A DNA stretch of 64,000 bases from Candidatus Thorarchaeota archaeon (GCA_046482545.1 JAWOEX010000035.1:173629-237628); one strand, 5' to 3'; shown: positions 9,449 to 20,530, counted from the first letter of the stretch. Numbers and translations are program-made. Notes: a model not told the origin generated them from the sequence alone.

Positions 9449-11217
9449 CTCAAAAGACTTGAAATGCTTTTCTTCAATCGTTTAATCTCGTCTACTGGAT
9501 CCGCGAAATCTAGATTAGCAGCTGATAGATTGACGGATTCTCTATACTTTCTGACCCTTCCTTGTACCACCACATACTTCCCAAGAATCTTATCTGAGTG
9601 GTTTTCCAATGGTTCTAGTTGGTTCTCAGATTCAGAGATCATCTCATTAGCCTCGGCAGCTGTCATTCCAAGAAGATGTTCCCCTGTTTGCCCGAATAGG
9701 GTTGTTCTGATAGATCCTGATCCATCATCAATGGTGATTTTATAAAGCATTCTGGGTTCCGGCTCGTCAATCTCCCCACATACTCTACAACTGTAATTGC
9801 CATTTTGCTTCTCTACCTTTTTCCTGCAATTGGGACATGCCAAATACACGGGGCTAGTCTGCCCAACAGAAACTATTATCCCACATATCTCCACACTCTT
9901 ACCCTCATCTTCTTCGTCAATATTGTCAATCATTACCCTCCCCTCACGAACGGGTCCGCTAGTGGTGATTTCTGATGTGTCGAGCTGACCGAGTTCAGAA
10001 TCGTTGGGATTGACTTCTACTTCTGCTTTCCGACCCAAATGGAATTCGACATCATCTCGAAAACCCTCTTTGACGTAGCCGTGTTGTACCCGAATGATAT
10101 CTCCTTCCTTCAAATCCTCCAATTTATCTACATTCTCATTCCAGATTGTTACGCGAATGCTACCTGATTTGTCAGCAGCAACTAAGTTCTGCACCTTTCC
10201 TTCTTTCTCATCTTTCTCGAAAGATTTTGGAGGAAATATCCTGACTACCTTCGCTTCTATGTCTACATCCCACATGCCCACATCCAATTTGGAAATCTCC
10301 TTTTTGCCAGCACTTTCTCTGCCTCCTTCAGAGCCAACAAGCTCTTCTGACACTTCTATCTCCTTGTCCAATCCCCTCTCAATTGTAGACGTTCTTCCCG
10401 CGTGCAACTCAACTTCGTCATATTTTCCTTTTCTAGTGTACCCCCCCGTCAGCCGGATTACTTCTCCTTCAGATACATCTTTCATTTCTTCGGCATTATC
10501 GTCCCAGAAGACTAGTCTGATACTACCTGTTTCGTCTGCACCAATCAGGCTTATCACTTTTCCTTCCTTTCCATCCGATTTTCGAGTAAAGGTAGAGAAT
10601 CTAAACACTCGCATGACCTTCACAACTAGGGAAACATCGTATACCCCCTCTTCCAGGTCTTCTATCTGGACTTGCTCTACATCTGGAACATCTAGGTTGA
10701 ATTCTTCCTTTTCGTATTCATCAAGCACCTTTATCCCCCCCATTCGACCTAGATTTAATTCCAATGAATCTCCCAACCCCTTCTTGACATACCCCCCTCT
10801 TATTTGAACCACATCATCTACGTTGATTATGCTCTCTGAGACAGCTCTTGTTTTTTCGTCCCATAGGACCACTCTCAACCTTCCCGTATCATCTCCAACC
10901 ATGATGCTAGTAACTCTTCCTTCGGTACCATCCTTACGCTCAAAAGTTCTAACAGTGCCAACACTCACAACCTTAGCTGTTAGGTTAATATTTCTACTAC
11001 CATCTGCTATGTCCTCTATTTTTAATCGGCTCTTTGGCGAGACCTGATGGAGGTCTATACCAAGCTCTCGTGCTACAATCATTGCAGCCGATTCTTCGTT
11101 TACTACTTCGGGTCCTAGCTCTTGTCGTTTCTCTTCAATCATCTCCAGTATGTCTTTTCGTTCATATTCCGGAAGATGTTTTAGTATCAGTTGGATTATT
11201 TCTTCAAGCGAAAGCAA
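9445..11217 (-). CDS. rpa: Replication protein A large subunit (multiple OB folds + Zn finger)
   Basis: Repeated DxTGxIRxxxW OB folds; YLACPNC...CRVC. Confidence 0.9.
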   Translation of the reverse strand: MLSLEEIIQLILKHLPEYERKDILEMIEEKRQELGPEVVNEESAAMIVARELGIDLHQVSPKSRLKIEDIADGSRNINLTAKVVSVGTVRTFERKDGTEGRVTSIMVGDDTGRLRVVLWDEKTRAVSESIINVDDVVQIRGGYVKKGLGDSLELNLGRMGGIKVLDEYEKEEFNLDVPDVEQVQIEDLEEGVYDVSLVVKVMRVFRFSTFTRKSDGKEGKVISLIGADETGSIRLVFWDDNAEEMKDVSEGEVIRLTGGYTRKGKYDEVELHAGRTSTIERGLDKEIEVSEELVGSEGGRESAGKKEISKLDVGMWDVDIEAKVVRIFPPKSFEKDEKEGKVQNLVAADKSGSIRVTIWNENVDKLEDLKEGDIIRVQHGYVKEGFRDDVEFHLGRKAEVEVNPNDSELGQLDTSEITTSGPVREGRVMIDNIDEEDEGKSVEICGIIVSVGQTSPVYLACPNCRKKVEKQNGNYSCRVCGEIDEPEPRMLYKITIDDGSGSIRTTLFGQTGEHLLGMTAAEANEMISESENQLEPLENHSDKILGKYVVVQGRVRKYRESVNLSAANLDFADPVDEIKRLKKSISSLLS

Positions 11218-11499
11218 TGTTTACCACTAACCGTATTCCGATATTGTACGACTCTGTAACTATGATTTGGGGATTAGGCTATAAAGTGATATGCTCACCA
11301 ATACAGAGTTATTCTTTATTTTCACAGTCTGATTCATCTTCTGCTCCCCTGTGGATACTTTCCTCTAGCAGTAAAAACAGAAAAACCCAAAACATGCTGC
11401 ATCCGTTTAGACAGAACGACTCTTCCGGAATACGCGAAATTAAAATTCTTACTGCCAATAGAAAATGCTTGAGCCATGTTGAAATGCTTGTGATACAAA

Positions 11500-14400
11500 A
11501 TGGACGACTCTAAACCCGATCTCCCTGTGCACACGATATATTATGACGCATATTTCGAGTCGCTAAATGAACGCATCCATAAAATCTACAATATTGCTGA
11601 GACTGCCCGAGGGCAGGGCTACGATCCTAAGCCCTTTGTGGAAATACCTCCTGCACACGATGTTGCAGCTAGAGTAGAGGCCACACTAGGGGGCCCAAAA
11701 GGGGTTGCAAATCGTATTCGTGAGCTCCAAAAAGAGATGACTCGGGAGGAAGTTGCTTTCACCGTTGCAGGTGAAATTGCAAAGGGCGATTTGGGTAATA
11801 TGGACGATGATGAAAAAGCAGCTGATAAGGCTGTTAGAGTTGGTCTGGCTATTCTAACAGAAAGCATCACTGCTGCCCCATTAGAAGGCATTGCTAAAGT
11901 TCGGATTAGGGGATCCGACTCAGACAAGTATTTGGCATTATACCTAGCTGGTCCGATTCGCGCGGCCGGTGGAACTGAAGCTGCTATGACTGTGTTGGTT
12001 GCTGACTATGTTCGTCAAACATTAGGTCTTCCACCTTTTCAGGCATCAGATAGGGAAATCGAACGCGCTGTTGAAGAGGTAGAGCTTTATTCGAAATCAG
12101 TCCATCTACAATACCCCGTTCATTCAGATTTGGTTCGTTTTGCCTCATCGAAGTTGCCTATCATGCTTACCGGTGAACCAACGGAGGAATTTGAGGTGTC
12201 AGGTAGTAGAGACCTTGACCGGGTGGAGACCAACCGCGTAAGAGGCGGCTCGGTGCTAGTATTAAACGATGGAGTAGTTGGAAGAGCATCCAAGCTGGCG
12301 AAGATTGTCAACAGCATGAAGATAAAGGGTTGGAACTGGTTGAATGAGCTTGCTGGAAAAACAAGGAAAGAAAAGGAGGGAAAAGACAATGACGCTACTG
12401 AGATACTATCGCCAAAATCTGATTATTTAGCTGATGTAATCGGTGGGCGTCCAGTATTTTCTCATCCTTCGAGACGGACAGGGTTTCGCTTACGGTATGG
12501 TCGGTCTAGAAATACGGGTCTCGCAGGCGTGGGAGTCCATCCTGCAACTATGTATCTTGTTGAGTCATTTCTTGCACCGGGTACTCATATTCGAACTGAG
12601 CGCCCAGGCAAAGGCTCGATTGTTACACCTGTTGATTCAATTGAAGGGCCAATTATTCTTCTCAAGAATGGCACTGTTAAGCAAATTGAAACTGCAGCAG
12701 AGGCACGTGAGATTCAAGATTGCCTTGAACGCATACTGTATCTAGGAGACATAATGATTGCTTTGGGTGAGTTCATTGAGAATAATCATCCTCTTGTTAC
12801 TCCGGGATACTGTGAAGAATGGTGGTCTCATGACCTAGAAAATGCATGTTCCCAGCTGAGTGTCCAAGAGCTCGAAGTCAAGCTTGGTGATACAGACATC
12901 AAATTAGAGCGACTGAATGCGATTATCGACTATCCTTTGTCCGAGCGTCCTACACCTAGTGAAGCTATACTTCTTTCCGAAATTCTTGATATTCCACTGC
13001 ATCCAAGGTATACCTATCGCTGGCCAGCTCTATCACCAGATGAGTTTAAGACCCTCCGGAAATGGTTTTTCGCTAATTATGAAATTGAAGAGACCGATGG
13101 ACATAGTATGATTATTTTGCCTTATGATGCGGATCAGAAAGAACTTCTCTGTAAGGCAGCTATACCTCACTCACTTTCGTCAAATGATTCGAGAATTCAG
13201 CTTTCTGATGTTATTCAAACGGTACTGGCTCAGTTTGGTGATGAAAACCAAGAATGCAAAGGTGATGATGCTCTTCAACTGGTTAATTCAGTTACAGAAA
13301 TACCACTTCGTGACAGGATTGGTTTCTCTATTGGAGCACGAATGGGTCGACCCGAAAAGGCTGAAGAACGAAAGATGCGCCCTCCGGTCCAAGTTCTTTT
13401 TCCGGTAGGTCGTTCGCTATCAAGTGAGCGCGAAATCCAGAAAGTGGCTGAGGCTTCAAGAAGAATTACAACGCTAGAATCGTTTGAGGGTAAACCCGAT
13501 GATGAAGGTAAGCACAAGCCTTCGGGCACTCCTCTCGAGATGGTTTCAAGGGCATGCAAATCATGTGGGGCTAAAACTTTCGAATCACGTTGTCCAGAGT
13601 GCGGTTCTCACACAGAATTGGAGCGATGGTGTTCTCAAGAGGACTGCGGTCGTCCAGTGGATGAGGACACAGGCCTTTGCCCTGTTGGTCATAATCCAAA
13701 TCTAGTCAAATCGACAAAGACGTATTGCGTTGATCTTGAGCATTTATTGGAGCATGCAAAAGCAGAAATTGGTGAACCTCAAACGTATGGTGTTCGGGGT
13801 GTTCTAGGCTTAACTAGTGAACAGAAGGTTCCTGAACACCTCGGAAAAGGTATACTACGGGCCAAACATGAAGTTTACTGCTATCGAGATGGTACAGCCC
13901 GCTTTGATGCCACAGATGCCCCACTCACGCATTTCCGCCCATCTGAAATTGGGATTTCCATAAAACGCCTTCGTGAATTAGGGTACACTAATGACTACGA
14001 GGGAAAGTCTCTTACATCGAAAAATCAGATACTCGAACTGAAAGTACAAGACTTGGTAGTTCCGAAGAATTGCGCAGAGTATCTTTTGAGGGTAGGGAAT
14101 TTTGTAGATGATTCCTTGAAGAGAATATACGATTTGAATCCCTATTATAAGTTCAGAAGAACTGACGATTTGATTGGGCAGCTTGTAATCGGACTTGCCC
14201 CTCATACCTCTTCTGGTATCATTGGGAGAATTATTGGTTTCACCGATGCAAGTCTATGTTATGCCCATCCCTACTGGCATGCGGCTAAGAGGCGCAATTG
14301 TGACGGTGATGAGGACGCATTAATATTGGTATTAGATGCGCTCCTCAATTTCTCTAAATCGTATCTGCCCGCGGGTCGAGGTGGTTTCATGGATGCCCCT

Positions 14401-15042
14401 CTAGTTCTTTCCGTCATTCTGGATCCAAAGGAGGTTGACGATGAAAGCCACAACATCGAAATTTGTAGTAGATATCCTGCTGCATTTTATGAAATGGCAG
14501 CACAAAGAAAACACCCCAAGAGTGTCGAAAGCTTGGTGGATATTATTGCCTCACGATTAGGCTCTTCAGCTCAATACGAGGGATTCTCCTTTACCCACGA
14601 TACTTCTTCGATTGATGAAGGCCCAACAAACACACGATACAAAACGCTTGGTTCAATGGTAGACAAGCTTGAAGCACAACTACGGCTGGCCCACCTCATC
14701 GATGCTGTAGATGTCAAAGATGTTGCTGAAAGAGTACTATCACATCATTTCATACGCGACATAATGGGCAATCTTCGTGCCTTTTCGACCCAGAAAGTCC
14801 AGTGTCTCAAATGTCGACGCGTCTATAGGCGCATTCCCCTTTCAGGTAAATGTGTGTGTGGCAAGGACTTATCTTTGACAGTTCGGCAGAAGAATATATC
14901 AAAATACCTCGGGATAGCGCAGAAGATGATTGAAGATTACCACCTTGGGACATACCTTCGACAGCGACTTAACTTAATAGATGATGCTATTGATTCGCTA
15001 TTTTTCTCGGAGCAGACTGCCCTAACTGATTTCTTAGAGTGA
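11500..15042 (+). CDS. polC: DNA polymerase D large subunit DP2 (intein-free)
   Basis: GPIRAAGGT, RLRYGRSRNTG, HAAKRRNCDGDED, C-terminal Zn finger. Confidence 0.97.
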   Translation: MDDSKPDLPVHTIYYDAYFESLNERIHKIYNIAETARGQGYDPKPFVEIPPAHDVAARVEATLGGPKGVANRIRELQKEMTREEVAFTVAGEIAKGDLGNMDDDEKAADKAVRVGLAILTESITAAPLEGIAKVRIRGSDSDKYLALYLAGPIRAAGGTEAAMTVLVADYVRQTLGLPPFQASDREIERAVEEVELYSKSVHLQYPVHSDLVRFASSKLPIMLTGEPTEEFEVSGSRDLDRVETNRVRGGSVLVLNDGVVGRASKLAKIVNSMKIKGWNWLNELAGKTRKEKEGKDNDATEILSPKSDYLADVIGGRPVFSHPSRRTGFRLRYGRSRNTGLAGVGVHPATMYLVESFLAPGTHIRTERPGKGSIVTPVDSIEGPIILLKNGTVKQIETAAEAREIQDCLERILYLGDIMIALGEFIENNHPLVTPGYCEEWWSHDLENACSQLSVQELEVKLGDTDIKLERLNAIIDYPLSERPTPSEAILLSEILDIPLHPRYTYRWPALSPDEFKTLRKWFFANYEIEETDGHSMIILPYDADQKELLCKAAIPHSLSSNDSRIQLSDVIQTVLAQFGDENQECKGDDALQLVNSVTEIPLRDRIGFSIGARMGRPEKAEERKMRPPVQVLFPVGRSLSSEREIQKVAEASRRITTLESFEGKPDDEGKHKPSGTPLEMVSRACKSCGAKTFESRCPECGSHTELERWCSQEDCGRPVDEDTGLCPVGHNPNLVKSTKTYCVDLEHLLEHAKAEIGEPQTYGVRGVLGLTSEQKVPEHLGKGILRAKHEVYCYRDGTARFDATDAPLTHFRPSEIGISIKRLRELGYTNDYEGKSLTSKNQILELKVQDLVVPKNCAEYLLRVGNFVDDSLKRIYDLNPYYKFRRTDDLIGQLVIGLAPHTSSGIIGRIIGFTDASLCYAHPYWHAAKRRNCDGDEDALILVLDALLNFSKSYLPAGRGGFMDAPLVLSVILDPKEVDDESHNIEICSRYPAAFYEMAAQRKHPKSVESLVDIIASRLGSSAQYEGFSFTHDTSSIDEGPTNTRYKTLGSMVDKLEAQLRLAHLIDAVDVKDVAERVLSHHFIRDIMGNLRAFSTQKVQCLKCRRVYRRIPLSGKCVCGKDLSLTVRQKNISKYLGIAQKMIEDYHLGTYLRQRLNLIDDAIDSLFFSEQTALTDFLE

Positions 15043-15049
15043 GGAGTGT

Positions 15050-15895
15050 CTATTCAACTGCAAGCTTCAGCAAATCTCTATCCTCAATCATACCGATTAG
15101 AGCATTCTTCGCAGATAGCACAGGCGCTTGGTCTATATTATTCCTTCTAAGGATTCTCACACATTCTGCTACAGTTGTAACTTCACTTACATTGATGATT
15201 TTCTGTGTCATGACCTCACTTACTGGCACATGCGGTAGCCGTAGCAGTTTCTTTGTTACGACTAGGAAATCTTTGGACGTCCAACCCCACTCTACGCCTG
15301 TTTCAGTCCCGCTGAAAGTGGAACTTACATTATCTTCAACGGTAACTTCTGATAGCCGAATGAAATCACTAACGGAAATCAGACCAGTTACACCACCGTT
15401 CTCATTCATTGCAACAAGAGCGTTCTTCTGGGCCATTTCCATTATCATATAGGAAAGCGGCAAAGGGGTTTTCTCCCATATAGCTATTACTCTCTCATTG
15501 ATGTAATCTACAATGTTTTCTTTCTGATATTTGTCGCTTGGTTCAAGTACCGCTCCCAATATATCCGGGATTGTAACCAGTCCCAACAATTCATTGTTTT
15601 CAACAACTGGTAGTCTACGAAAGTTCTCCTCGACCATTATCTGCGCAGCTTCATGGATATCAGTATCGGGTGATACTGTGATTGGATCTCTAACCATTAG
15701 CATAGCAAGTTGGTTCTCATCTGGTTTACGTAACAAATCGCTTCTTGTTACTATGCCTACCAATTCCTTCGTTCCTTTCTTGCAGACAGGAAAACCATTA
15801 ATTTCCTTCTCTGCCATGATTTGCAGTACATCATCCCTTGTACCTGGGACGGAAACGTACACAACATCGGATTTCATGCAGTCTGATACCTTCAT
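15050..15895 (-). CDS. CBS domain protein (4 CBS)
   Basis: Repeated CBS motifs; likely start MKVSDCM at 15895. Confidence 0.85.
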   Translation of the reverse strand: MKVSDCMKSDVVYVSVPGTRDDVLQIMAEKEINGFPVCKKGTKELVGIVTRSDLLRKPDENQLAMLMVRDPITVSPDTDIHEAAQIMVEENFRRLPVVENNELLGLVTIPDILGAVLEPSDKYQKENIVDYINERVIAIWEKTPLPLSYMIMEMAQKNALVAMNENGGVTGLISVSDFIRLSEVTVEDNVSSTFSGTETGVEWGWTSKDFLVVTKKLLRLPHVPVSEVMTQKIINVSEVTTVAECVRILRRNNIDQAPVLSAKNALIGMIEDRDLLKLAVE

Positions 15896-16033
15896 TGTTG
15901 AGTCTACTCCGGTATTATTCACTAAAACCTGTTCAAGAGATTCCACAAATGGTTCGTCTATTCTGTTCCATGTACCCCTTTGTGAGAATAAGCGTAGACA
16001 CTTTCCCAAACATAAAAGGTTGTCGAAATGCTT

Positions 16034-16594
16034 CTACCATGGCTTATCCTTCAAACCAAGCGTATAGCCGGTGATATTGGATATACAATGGACACCAAGG
16101 GTTATCATTATGAGAATTGAGGTATATTGTCGTGCCGGCGATATAAGGGGTGATGAGAATAATAATGCCATGATGATGAAGCCAAGCTGGTCGAGTACAG
16201 GCGCAGGATTACCACTACGAATGTCAGCTCTTCTCTTTACAAATGATCCAATCATATCTCCTGTCAGTGCGCCTATAGATTGTAGAAATGAGATTGATAC
16301 TGTCAAATTAAGGACTGAAAGCATTTCAGGAGTGACCAGAACATAATGGCTCACCTCTGCTATTAAAAAAGGCGCTATGAACGACTGGATTGCTCCTATA
16401 ACCGTTCCAAAGAGAACCCCACTAGCGAATCCCTTTATTGTTTTTCCATCTCCTAGAACTCTCTTTCCGTCGATGAAATTTCTTCCCATATCTATAGGCA
16501 AACCGCCGCCAAGAATAACAGGTACAGCATTTGCTATCCACGCCGGCAGACCAAGCCAAATAGAGAGACCTACTAGAGCTAACACCTCATACAT
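16034..16594 (-). CDS. carS: CDP-archaeol synthase
   Basis: PAWIANAVP, GDGKT, GDMIGSFVKRR, LDQL, LGLKDKPW. Confidence 0.92.
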   Translation of the reverse strand: MYEVLALVGLSIWLGLPAWIANAVPVILGGGLPIDMGRNFIDGKRVLGDGKTIKGFASGVLFGTVIGAIQSFIAPFLIAEVSHYVLVTPEMLSVLNLTVSISFLQSIGALTGDMIGSFVKRRADIRSGNPAPVLDQLGFIIMALLFSSPLISPARQYTSILIMITLGVHCISNITGYTLGLKDKPW

Positions 16595-16618
16595 GTCTCA
16601 TTCTTTGTCCCCTAATTC

Positions 16619-17323
16619 TTATCTATCAATCTCTTCTCTATGAACCTTCAGTCCCGCCTCAGTTAGATATAGGCTTCGCTTATTTGATTCTCCTTCGTTC
16701 TTTTGACGTTCGACTATTCTCTCCCCGTTTTCCCTACCAACCGCCATTCTGAGAGTGCGGTCCGCCCAGTATTGCATTATATTCTTTGCAACTGGTTCGA
16801 AGTCAGTAGCAGCATCGAAGCTACCTCTAGCCTGATTCAGGACGAGTAACGCCATATCTTGCTGCTTGATGATTCCCTTTAGTATGCCTGTTTGAGTATT
16901 GAGCTGGCGATGGGCAGCATAGTTTCTCTTCTTGTTACTAAGCACACTTCTGTAGAGTCTAGTCATAGTGTCCACTACAACAAGCTTCGTGTTTTCTCTT
17001 GCATACGATTCCAGTTCAGCAATGATTTCTCCCTGTTGCTGAAAGCTTACTGGCGAAACCAGTGTGACTTTTTCTTTCAGTTGTTCGAATTGCTTGTTAG
17101 ATATCTGCTCTAGCCTCGAGATGGGGGATGCCGACTCCGAATTAATATATAAACTCAGAATTCCAGTTCTGTATGCTGATTGGACAAACTGCAATGCGAG
17201 AGTGGTCTTACCAGCAGCGGCTTCTCCGTAGATATGCGTAAGCTGGCCAGTATGTAAACCCCCTTCCAGCAATGTGTCAACTGCACAATTTCCGGATGGA
17301 AGAATCAATAATTGGTTCACCAA
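16619..17323 (-). CDS. radB: DNA repair protein RadB
   Basis: DTLLEGG, GEAAAGKT, VVVD, LNQ; no N-terminal HhH. Confidence 0.8.
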   Translation of the reverse strand: MVNQLLILPSGNCAVDTLLEGGLHTGQLTHIYGEAAAGKTTLALQFVQSAYRTGILSLYINSESASPISRLEQISNKQFEQLKEKVTLVSPVSFQQQGEIIAELESYARENTKLVVVDTMTRLYRSVLSNKKRNYAAHRQLNTQTGILKGIIKQQDMALLVLNQARGSFDAATDFEPVAKNIMQYWADRTLRMAVGRENGERIVERQKNEGESNKRSLYLTEAGLKVHREEIDR

Positions 17324-17391
17324 TCTGAGGACTAATTAATTTGCTACATAAACCTAATCTTAGATATGATAACGAAAGAAGGTACTAGCAG

Positions 17392-18147
17392 ATGGAGAAA
17401 TTTCAGGTTGCCGTAGCAACGAGGAATCCAAGAACCATATATCTAAGTGTTCAATTGCTTGAAGATTTGGGTTTATCCTTCGTCATTTGTCCACCTAATG
17501 ACATTCGGTGCGCTTCGGCTAAAGTTGTAATTACTGATACTGATGACACCCCTTGTACCTTTAATCCGGGAAGGCAAGTTGTTGTTTCAGGATATTTTGA
17601 CGTTGATATTGTTGCCATTGAAATCATGATGAACCTTTTCGAGATTGATGCCCCCCACTCCTTGGCGATTGGTGTTGACCCTGGTTTAAGATTTGGATTA
17701 GCATTAGTAGCTGATGGCACCGCAGTTTATGCAAAAACGCTGTGTTCACCATCTGAAGCTGCGCAGGATACTAGGCACTGGGTCTCGGAGCTTTCCACAC
17801 ACACCGGATTTCCGCATACAACGGTAAGAGTGGGAACTGGTTCGCGACTGTATGCTGCTCTGTATCTTCGAGAGCTATCATCTCGTTCTGAGGATATTCC
17901 TGTTGAGATGGTAGATGAAAGCTACACTAGCATTGATGCTTCTGATGAATCTTCAGCTGTTCTCATTGCCTCCCGTCGCGGGAGAGAGTATCTGGAATCA
18001 GATTCTAAGCTTGAACCTAAGCGAGGATATATCCGCTCCTTAAAGCATCTGGTCAGGACCCTTAGTCAAGGACGTGTAAATCTTACGACAAATCAAGCTC
18101 GCGAGGTGCTTCTTGGTAGAATGGGGCTTTCTCCCTTTTTGGAATGA
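17392..18147 (+). CDS. Hypothetical protein with RNase H-like (YqgF/RuvC-like) domain
   Basis: IGVDPGLRFGLALV; VDESYTS; DESSAVLIA. Confidence 0.6.
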   Translation: MEKFQVAVATRNPRTIYLSVQLLEDLGLSFVICPPNDIRCASAKVVITDTDDTPCTFNPGRQVVVSGYFDVDIVAIEIMMNLFEIDAPHSLAIGVDPGLRFGLALVADGTAVYAKTLCSPSEAAQDTRHWVSELSTHTGFPHTTVRVGTGSRLYAALYLRELSSRSEDIPVEMVDESYTSIDASDESSAVLIASRRGREYLESDSKLEPKRGYIRSLKHLVRTLSQGRVNLTTNQAREVLLGRMGLSPFLE

Positions 18148-18153
18148 TAATCC

Positions 18154-20079
18154 CTAGCGAAAGAATCCCCGCACCTCATCTTCTACCATATCGGGATTAT
18201 CCGGCAGAGTATGGGTAACCTCAAGTAGCCAATTTGGCATGAATCTTTTCAGGTATCCTGTTGCAAAACGTTGATCCAAGAATGCTATTATGCCCTTATC
18301 ATCCAGCTTTCTAACTGGTCGTCCCGCTGCCTGTATTGCCCTAGTCATGGCAGGTAGCACATAACCATAATCTCTCCCCTTCCCATTGAATCGCTTGTCA
18401 TAGTAATCAATGAGCGACTCAATACGAGGAGTCGGTTTTGCATAGGGCACTCCCACAACTACCACGCTCTCCATGGTTGCCCCTGGAAAATCACCTCCCT
18501 CCGAGTTGCGCCCTCCCTGCACACCAAGAAGTACTGCACCCCCATTTTCAGCTCTGTCCTTAAACTCTTCAACCAGTATATCATTCTCCGAGCCCTTTAA
18601 TCCGCGTTCTTCGACAAACAACTTCTTGTTGATTTTTCCTTCGAGTCCTGCTGATAGTAGTTCCTTAATGAGACCATAGCTGGTTGTGAAAATGCCGGTA
18701 TTCGTGGGAGTAGCATGCGCAATTGCTACACAATGCGCTACGATTCTCTTGAACATCTCTTTGCTTCTCAATCTATACGAAGTTTCCACACCTTCAACAA
18801 TTATACCCTTTCTATTCTCTTTAGCGAATGGGTTGTAATATGTAAGATTCTTAGAATCAGAGCCAAATCCCAGCATTTCTGAATATGCATCAATAGGTGA
18901 AAGGGTTCCGGAGATGGCTACAGAGCTCCTAACTAGTCGCAGAATGGGAGATGTAACAGCTGTTGGATCCAGAGCAACTAGCTCCAGTGACACCTTTCTG
19001 CTCTTGTTTCTGGTTATATCAGATTCCATCAAGAAAGCGTAATTATCACGTTCAATGTATTTCAGCCAGTTCATCATGAAAACTGCTACCCTGTGAATAG
19101 TGGACCTGGGGAATTTTCCAGCTTGGAGCAACCCTTTCCGGATATTCATCCCAAGATCTCGCATATGCATGAGAATCTGCTCTTTCTCACCTAAGTCTGC
19201 ATTGTCTACTGCAGTCTTATAGATTGCTTTGGGCTTCACGCTTATCTCGTCATAATCCTTCATGCCAGCTGATAAACTGAGAATCGTTTCTGCCAAACCC
19301 CTGCAGAATTTCTTACTCTTAGTATCATTATATGTTGAAGCTTCTCTGATGGCCTGTCTAACTATTCCAATCGTCAGTGAATCGCTTGCTGAGTCAAGTG
19401 CTGTGCTTGGAACATTATGTGCTTCATCTTGTATCAGTACCATTCTCGATACTGGCTTATCCAGTTCAGGCAGAAAGGCTTCTCGAACAAATGGGCTGAA
19501 GACATACAAATACGAGAGCGATATTACATCAACCACCTGTGCGAGGCTTTTGGCTAATTCATAAGGACAGAGCTCATTTCTGGCAGCAAACTCTACTATT
19601 TCTGGAGCCTTCAGTACGGAAGATGGTAACTTCTCCAGCAGCTCCATTCCCCCTCCGCTTTTTTTCAGATTCTCGTAATAGGCACATCTCTTGCTAGTCT
19701 TGAGCTGTGCACATACATCCCCTAGTGATGAAACGAAACCAGCATTCTCTAGCACAAAGGGGTTTACACACATATGACGTCGCCCTCTAAAGGATACTCC
19801 ACTTACGCCTTCTCTCTTCTCTATCTCTTTGAGTTCCTCCATTACCCGATCCAATTGCCGATGAGTACGAGCACAATAAAGAATTATTCCATTATTTTCC
19901 TTGATCCAAGGAAGTGTGGCTGCCAATGTTACCGCTGTTTTTCCAAACCCGTTAGGTGCTTCTACACAGACATTCTTGCCTTTCCTAACTGCGTTCTCTA
20001 TGCGGGCCATCATCTCGCCTTGTCCTGGCCTCTCCTGTTTATAGGGAAAGAAGTGGTTTGAAGTGAATTCGGTTTTCAT
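18154..20079 (-). CDS. xpd: XPD/Rad3-family Fe-S DNA helicase
   Basis: APNGFGKT, Fe-S cysteines (CPYE), DEAHN, SGTL, SEGGDF, QAAGRPVR. Confidence 0.9.
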   Translation of the reverse strand: MKTEFTSNHFFPYKQERPGQGEMMARIENAVRKGKNVCVEAPNGFGKTAVTLAATLPWIKENNGIILYCARTHRQLDRVMEELKEIEKREGVSGVSFRGRRHMCVNPFVLENAGFVSSLGDVCAQLKTSKRCAYYENLKKSGGGMELLEKLPSSVLKAPEIVEFAARNELCPYELAKSLAQVVDVISLSYLYVFSPFVREAFLPELDKPVSRMVLIQDEAHNVPSTALDSASDSLTIGIVRQAIREASTYNDTKSKKFCRGLAETILSLSAGMKDYDEISVKPKAIYKTAVDNADLGEKEQILMHMRDLGMNIRKGLLQAGKFPRSTIHRVAVFMMNWLKYIERDNYAFLMESDITRNKSRKVSLELVALDPTAVTSPILRLVRSSVAISGTLSPIDAYSEMLGFGSDSKNLTYYNPFAKENRKGIIVEGVETSYRLRSKEMFKRIVAHCVAIAHATPTNTGIFTTSYGLIKELLSAGLEGKINKKLFVEERGLKGSENDILVEEFKDRAENGGAVLLGVQGGRNSEGGDFPGATMESVVVVGVPYAKPTPRIESLIDYYDKRFNGKGRDYGYVLPAMTRAIQAAGRPVRKLDDKGIIAFLDQRFATGYLKRFMPNWLLEVTHTLPDNPDMVEDEVRGFFR

Positions 20080-20173
20080 TGGCTTGTCCTATCATTTCAG
20101 CTTTATCAGCTTGATAATGCTGTTGTTGTCTGACTCGTTAATGATTTAATAGACGTATCCAGTACCAGAGGGC

Positions 20174-20530
20174 GTGGACCACATGGACACTCAGAGTATT
20201 GATGATTTAGACGTTGAGACAACAACAGGATTGTTGAGATTGCGAGTTATGTATCTTGAAAATGGTCTTATCGTTTTATTGTCCGATTCAAGCAACTTCA
20301 AATTGGGAAATACTGCAGTTAGCATACCGGAAGGTACTGGCAGGAATGAACCTACTTCTACAACGCTCTTTTCAAATGCTCTTGATTCGACCTTGGCAAG
20401 GACACTAGCTGAGCGTGTTTCAAGCTGGACTAATCAGGCATGTATCTTAGTTGTATCCGCAAAGGATTTGAATAGAGATTCTACGATGGAAGTCATGAAG
20501 GTGTTGAAACAACATCTCCAGCAAGAATAG
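20174..20530 (+). CDS. Proteasome assembly chaperone PAC4/PAC3-like protein
   Basis: LGNTAVSIP...PTSTTLF...LARTLAERVSSWTNQACIL pattern resembles PSMG4. Confidence 0.6.
   Translation: MDHMDTQSIDDLDVETTTGLLRLRVMYLENGLIVLLSDSSNFKLGNTAVSIPEGTGRNEPTSTTLFSNALDSTLARTLAERVSSWTNQACILVVSAKDLNRDSTMEVMKVLKQHLQQE

Noticed and set aside
10094-10807. Long antisense ORFs (also 59427-60113, 56080-56619 and others)
   Set aside because: Ser-rich shadows of real genes on the opposite strand
11500-15042. Intein in DP2
   Set aside because: The usual insertion site HAAKRRNCDGDED is contiguous and the protein length is normal
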